From: Histomonas meleagridis 2922-C6/04-290x
Taxonomy: Eukaryota; Protista; Parabasalia
NCBI GenBank assembly: GCA_020184695.1
Contig: JAANOX010000261.1
Location: 156,178 to 220,177, forward strand
DNA length: 64,000 nt
Reading direction: 5' to 3'
Shown: piece after piece, positions 58,731-64,000 of the stretch
How positions within the stretch are numbered: position 1 is the stretch's first letter
Layout of the letters: each line of letters opens with the position of its first letter
Program-made: the position numbers and the translations under genes
The notes under the pieces: model-generated
Told to the model about the DNA's origin: nothing
The model's database searches: none
The model's input: only the letters and a program-made list of their open reading frames with translations

Positions 58731-59206
58731 TTACATATCAAATTTCTTCTTAGATTTAGTAGGTTTAATAATATCATCATTTTCGAGGTCATTATTAGAT
58801 GTTTTATTAGATGTGATATTAGATGTTTGACAATAATTATTAATAGAATTTATTTTTGATGTTAAATGATCAATTTTATTTTGTATATCATTACATATTT
58901 CACTTACAATATGTTGTTTAGCGTCAATAAATTTATTATTAAATTAAGCTCATCTGGGGATATGTTTTTTAATTTTTTAGCACTTACAGGAGCTAATTTA
59001 TCATTAATAAATTTAATATTAACAGCACTTAATAATTTGAGGTTTTGATTATAAAACTTCATATTTACTAATATACTGTGACGAATATAAGGTTCTTTAG
59101 TTTTTTTATCAAAGCCCGGTTTCTCAGAGTGTTTAAATTTAATATCTACGGCTTTGTAATTAAGATTTTCAAAATCACTTAACAAATAACTATTAAATGA
59201 TTCCAT
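58731..59206 (-). pseudogene. Conserved hypothetical protein (homologue of 20245-20742), one frameshift
   Basis: MESFNSYLLSDF... from ATG at 59206; the frame shifts near 58930 and ends KKKFDM*. Confidence 0.7.
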
Positions 59207-59266
59207 ATTTATATGAGGAAAAATATTAAAACAATTTAAAAACAATATGCTATTATTTTTAATAAA

Positions 59267-60163
59267 ATGATGCGTAAATATGAATCTATTGACAAAAAGT
59301 TTAAAGAAATAGATAACAATTTTAATAAGATTAGTAATAAAAATAAAGTATTATTAGATAATGCTTTGATAAAACTCATACATGAAAAATATCCATTTGC
59401 ACAAAACGGTATTTGCGCATTCATTGCACCTATGGGAAGCGGTAAAAGTTATACTTATTTAAAATTAGTAGCTCAACAAGAAGTATTATTTAATGAACCT
59501 TTTTATGAGTTAATATGTATATGTTCTACAAGTAACAAGTTTGATGAAACAGTAAATTCTTTTAAAATATTAATTAAAAATAGTAAACTTATAGCTATAT
59601 CTGATAACGATTTATTAGATTTCTTAAATAAATATATGAGGCGTATTTTAAAATATAACTCAATAATGAAATATATTAACAGTAATTTTAAAGACATTAA
59701 TGAGGAATTAGAAAGAGTCTATTTCAAACACAAATTAAATTCAAAAGAAAAGATATTGAAATATATATCATTAAAATTAGCTTATTACAATTGGAAAACA
59801 TATCCTCACAGAATGTTATTAATATTAGATGATTTTGCAAATCACGTGTTATTAAAGAATAAAGAAACTGATTTAATGAAATTATTAAAAAAGTTAAGAC
59901 ATTTCAATATTAATGTTATTGTATGTGTACAAACAGTAAAATCAATACCAAAAGATTTAAAAAGAACATTATCTGATATAGTATTATTTCCGGGTATATC
60001 TAAAGAAGATTTTTATTATTTGATTAAAGAGTCCCCTGCAAGTTGTTTTGATGTGGATAAGTTATGGAATGAGTATTTTAAAATTAGAGATCAACATACA
60101 AGATTTAATATATATATAAAAGCCAAAAAAAGTACTATTACATTGTCTAATGTTGAAAAATAA
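59267..60163 (+). CDS. A32/FtsK-like genome-packaging ATPase (intact)
   Basis: FIAPMGSGKS Walker A, LLILDDFA Walker B, LRHFNINVIVCVQ, IPKDLKR. Confidence 0.9.
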   Translation: MMRKYESIDKKFKEIDNNFNKISNKNKVLLDNALIKLIHEKYPFAQNGICAFIAPMGSGKSYTYLKLVAQQEVLFNEPFYELICICSTSNKFDETVNSFKILIKNSKLIAISDNDLLDFLNKYMRRILKYNSIMKYINSNFKDINEELERVYFKHKLNSKEKILKYISLKLAYYNWKTYPHRMLLILDDFANHVLLKNKETDLMKLLKKLRHFNINVIVCVQTVKSIPKDLKRTLSDIVLFPGISKEDFYYLIKESPASCFDVDKLWNEYFKIRDQHTRFNIYIKAKKSTITLSNVEK

Positions 60164-60340
60164 ATACTTAACAGTATAATGATATCTTGATATTATCGGG
60201 AATTTCTTCTTCTTCCTCATTATCAATATCAATATTATATATTTTTATAAATGTATTTATTACAGAATTGATTACATAAATAGTTGATATAATACATATA
60301 TATAATTCAAATATCATTATTTTTATAAAAATAAAATACA

Positions 60341-61144
60341 ATGTTTAATGAAATAATTGATTATATAATTTCATCATATGACAGTAATCATTATAACAGA
60401 ATTAATGTTAATTTACCATTACCTTATACAAGATTTGCTAAAATGATAATTACATCATTAACAACTCATTGTAATATAGTAGTCATTGAAAAAGGTGATT
60501 ATATAATAATCAATAATGAAAAATATACTTTTAACACACAGTATACTGATGTAAATTATACAAGTTTTGCAAGTTTATTAACAGATTTAATTATAAAAAG
60601 TAATGTTATTGTTGAAAGTGATTCTACAAGCAGATTAATATTTAGTAGTGCTAAAGAATTTACTGTAAATGATATGAGTTATAATATAAAACAATTAACA
60701 GGTTTATACAATACAAATTTACCTTCAACATCAACATATTTAAATAAAGAAACTAATAAATATGGAATATTATGTGGTTCTGTATAGAATTATTCATCAA
60801 CACCTGTGTTATATATAGTAAGTAATTTAGGAAAAAGTTCTCATAGAAACCTAAATGAAAGCATTAATATATCAAAAATAATACTCAGAATTGATAATTC
60901 TTTTAGTAATAATTATCCTATTATTGTTAATAATGCTGATTTTGAAGTATTAATAAATAGCAGTGATTTGTCACATTTAGAATTAAAATTAGTTGACGCT
61001 AATATGCAAGAAGTTCATTTATTATCACCTATGTATATAACAATATCTATAAGACCAATACCTGATGAAGACATTGATGAAGATATTAAAAACAGTAATT
61101 TACTTATAACAGCATCTGATGAAAATATAGACAAACAAAAATAA
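60341..61144 (+). pseudogene. Minor capsid (penton)-like protein with one in-frame TAG (60785-60787)
   Basis: ORFs 60341 and 60806 share a frame; beta-rich, with C-terminal LELKLVDANMQEVHLLSPMYITISIRP typical of single jelly-roll pentons. Fold is inference. Confidence 0.6.
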
Positions 61145-61240
61145 ATATTTAATAATATATTTTTATAATATATATTTTTAACGTAATCCGTTAATAACTT
61201 GTTCTACAGATGCATTAGTAATTTCAATTTGTGACCTTCC

Positions 61241-62773
61241 TTATGGTTTTACAGAACGTATTTTTAATATAGCATCTTCAAAATATATACTTACAGGCGA
61301 CGCGTTTGCGCTCGTAGCTAAATAATCAGTTGTATTTACACGATTTCCGTGAAGTTCTATTCGTATAGTATATGTTGTTGAAATATCGCCTTGGAAATCT
61401 TCACCTTCAGCATAAGGTAATCCTATGAATAAATTACTATTATCTTTACCGTGCCAAATTCTTGTTGTAGTTTTTACTCCAGAAGCATTATAAGTATTTT
61501 TATAATAATATGGCTGTACAGAAGTTTTTAAATCTTCATTAATACTGCTTAATAAACTTCCGTTTAAATTAACACTGTCAAGTAACATATTAATATTTTT
61601 AGCATCATCTACAGTTGTGTAGTCTTCTCGCGGATACATTTTACCGTCAATATTAAATCTGTAACTAATATGTGGATTTAAGAAACATGTTCTAGAATAT
61701 TGATTTACGCGAAATACAGTAAATAATGTATCACAATGTCTAATTCCGATTGTAGCAGCTGTATCTATTGATGATTTATCACCTATAAATTCTTGTGTAA
61801 AATCTCTTACTTGACATATATGTATCGGAAATAATAACGGTACTTGTATATATTTAGCAGCTAATGCGTTAAATACATCCATTTTTAATAAATATTCCGC
61901 TAATTTGATTTTGATGTCTTTAGTTGTTTGTGTATTACATATAAATTGTTGTTGTTGTTCAGTATATGTATATGATTCAGATGAATTAGGTTTTTTGATA
62001 TCATTACATACAGTTTCGTTTATATTACGAAATCCTAAGTCTACGGCACCGTTATTAATAATATCTCGAATATCAATATAATATCCTCTCATATCATTAT
62101 TATCATCATCATTTTTTAGCAATATATTATCATAATTAGGTATAGGTGCTATAACTAAATTTTGATAAGAAGGCATTAATTCTATAGATAATTTACCCGC
62201 CCAATTAGGATAATATCTCATATTAAATAATAATAAAAAGTATGATAAAGGTATACGTAAAGGTATTTCAACAATAATTTCCTTGGCAGCATTTATTGCT
62301 GATAAATCAACATAAACACCCGGTACCATTGGATCATGATTTCTAATTTTATCAATTGTTGCAAAACAATCATTACCGGACTTAGCTTCATCAGATAAAC
62401 TGTTATAAAACATAAACCATTCGTACCTTGCATTATGAATATCTTGTATTTTATCAGTATTACTATAAATTCTGTATTGATCAATAGCATCACATGAACA
62501 CTTATAACCAATATAATATTCTTTAAATAATAAATTTGTTTGATCAGGAACTGTTATTTTAACAGTTTGTTTAAAAGTAATATATGAATTGTCTAAACTA
62601 ATAATTTTAAATCTATCAGTAGCTATATCAACGTAGGTAGTGTCGCCTTCTTGAATATCACCTACATTGCCGTAAGAGGTTGCTGTAGTGTATTCATAAT
62701 TACCGGGTATAATTTCTGATAATTTTAAACAATCATCTACTGCGTTATACCAATCTTCTAAATTTCCTGACAT
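61241..62773 (-). CDS. Putative double jelly-roll major capsid protein (510 aa, intact)
   Basis: Size, beta-strand-rich composition (YYIGYK...IDQYRIYSN; VEIPLRIPLS; YRFNIDGKMYP) and position next to ATPase and penton. Needs profile or structure confirmation. Confidence 0.65.
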   Translation of the reverse strand: MSGNLEDWYNAVDDCLKLSEIIPGNYEYTTATSYGNVGDIQEGDTTYVDIATDRFKIISLDNSYITFKQTVKITVPDQTNLLFKEYYIGYKCSCDAIDQYRIYSNTDKIQDIHNARYEWFMFYNSLSDEAKSGNDCFATIDKIRNHDPMVPGVYVDLSAINAAKEIIVEIPLRIPLSYFLLLFNMRYYPNWAGKLSIELMPSYQNLVIAPIPNYDNILLKNDDDNNDMRGYYIDIRDIINNGAVDLGFRNINETVCNDIKKPNSSESYTYTEQQQQFICNTQTTKDIKIKLAEYLLKMDVFNALAAKYIQVPLLFPIHICQVRDFTQEFIGDKSSIDTAATIGIRHCDTLFTVFRVNQYSRTCFLNPHISYRFNIDGKMYPREDYTTVDDAKNINMLLDSVNLNGSLLSSINEDLKTSVQPYYYKNTYNASGVKTTTRIWHGKDNSNLFIGLPYAEGEDFQGDISTTYTIRIELHGNRVNTTDYLATSANASPVSIYFEDAILKIRSVKP

Positions 62774-62898
62774 AGCATCTATAACATTAGGTTGTTTGAT
62801 TATTTACTGAGAAATAACTTACATTAATATTAATGAAATTACAATTTATATCATCATTATTTGCATTGAAACTGATATTACCATCGTTATTATTAAGC

Positions 62899-64000
62899 TT
62901 ACCTCAACCTCATATTCTCTCTGAATGGTTCTGGACTGGTGTACGTTGTTTCTGTGTTGCTTGTTGTGTCCTCCGTTGAACTTTCTTCTGCATCTGATCG
63001 ATCAGGATGGCCGGACTCAAAAAATGGTCTTTGTACTTTAAAAAAGGTATCACTGTGTTCTATTCTGGGTCTTGAGTCTCCTGATGTTTCTTGTTTTGAG
63101 TTTTGTTGCATATTTCGGAGAGATAATCTGATATGTTCCGAGATTCTCCGAAAATCATCGGAACTTATATGGTTCTGCTTCTTTCCGGGAGCTCTATCCA
63201 TTGGTGCACTTTTTCCCTCTCTAAGTTGCTCAGGTGAAAAAATAAAAAATCCATCCGCGCTGCTGGAATTTGGTGTTTATTTACGTATGTTAGCGCTCAT
63301 TGGGATGAGTATGTATTGTATAATGACGCGTCCGTCTTAAATTATGGTAGGTTGATCCCACTATTATGATCCATATTATGATTGACCTCTGAGGTGGTCG
63401 AAACCGTTTTAACAGTTTGTGTCACTTTTCCGATCTTCTTATTCTGTCTAATAGTAGAATCTTCAATAATTTCTGCTTTCTTCTTCTTATCAATCGCGTA
63501 TTGTAACAGTCTAGACGGGTGTTCAACTCTCATACGTTTACGTAATTCATCAATACTTTTTCCTCTATATATTGAGTTCATCTTCATCCAGTTATCTTCA
63601 TTCTTCCTTGCTTTGTTTTTATCTATTATGATACAGATTTTTTCTTCTATTATAGATTTTTGTTTGTTCCCTTTTTTACGGGTTTGTTATACTTATTTTC
63701 TGCTTTTTTTGATGTAAATATAACAAATCCTTCACTTTCTTCTTCGTTCATATCTAAAGGTTCTGAATTAGAGAAAAAATCTGAGAATAGTACTTCTTCT
63801 GATTTTTCTTCATCTTCTTCTTCAGGATTATGATTATCTTCATCTATAACATTAAAATCTTCTTCTTCTCTCTCTAAATTAATGTTTAAATTATTGTTAG
63901 TATTCTTATTTTTATTTTTGTCTTTCTCGTATATCTTATAGAATATCAACATTGATTCTTACAGTGCTGCAATAACACATTTTTTAAAAACTAAATGTAT
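62899..64000 (-). pseudogene. Acidic/basic low-complexity viral protein in several frameshifted pieces, 5' end beyond the window
   Basis: ORFs 63650-63952, 63342-63587 and 62899-63201 follow each other on the minus strand; charged and disordered composition. Confidence 0.4.

Larger units (their letters stand above)
53771..64000. mobile_element. Maverick/Polinton-like virus, element 4 (most complete; continues past the window)
   Basis: Helicase, pPolB-like gene, packaging ATPase, minor and major capsid candidates in one block. The left end is tentatively placed at AGTAGTAGT (53771). Confidence 0.8.

Noticed and set aside
4954-60787. Stop-codon reassignment or readthrough suggested by several single in-frame stops
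   Set aside because: All three stop types occur (TGA 4954 and 42422, TAG 34392 and 60785, TAA 45532 and 58027), sister copies show sense codons (e.g. TGG), and long genes end normally.
1-64000. tRNA or rRNA genes
   Set aside because: None recognised; the cloverleaf at 19804-19890 lacks tRNA D/T-loop consensus and anticodon-arm geometry.

Overview
Very AT-rich eukaryotic DNA, most likely from a parabasalid protist (Trichomonas/Tritrichomonas-like). This is inferred from DUF3447-type ankyrin fragments, BspA (TpLRR) surface proteins with FTxSxxF stalks and Trichomonas-type Maverick gene families; the species cannot be determined. Bases 1-13.3 kb hold host genes: a partial helical-repeat protein, ankyrin fragments, a broken EFHC/Rib72-like copy followed by poly(A), a 1982-aa coiled-coil protein and an alpha/beta hydrolase. 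Bases 13.4-64 kb are a cluster of at least three or four distinct, partly decayed endogenous Maverick/Polinton-like viruses. Together they carry three packaging ATPases, integrases, four SF3 helicase or primase-helicase genes plus a helicase remnant, a degenerate pPolB, major and minor capsid candidates, a fibre-like protein and an HNH nuclease. The cluster is interrupted at 29.25-38.8 kb by a mariner-bounded tandem duplication of a BspA gene block. The most unusual non-coding structures are a GC-rich cloverleaf plus 37-bp hairpin (19804-19976) and a 6.7-kb nested inverted repeat (41929-48610). The latter contains a hidden ~330-bp array of polarity-switching iteron-like modules and lies next to a Prim-Pol/helicase gene. 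Many frameshifts sit in homopolymers and may be assembly errors. All product calls come from motif recognition by eye, without database searches.
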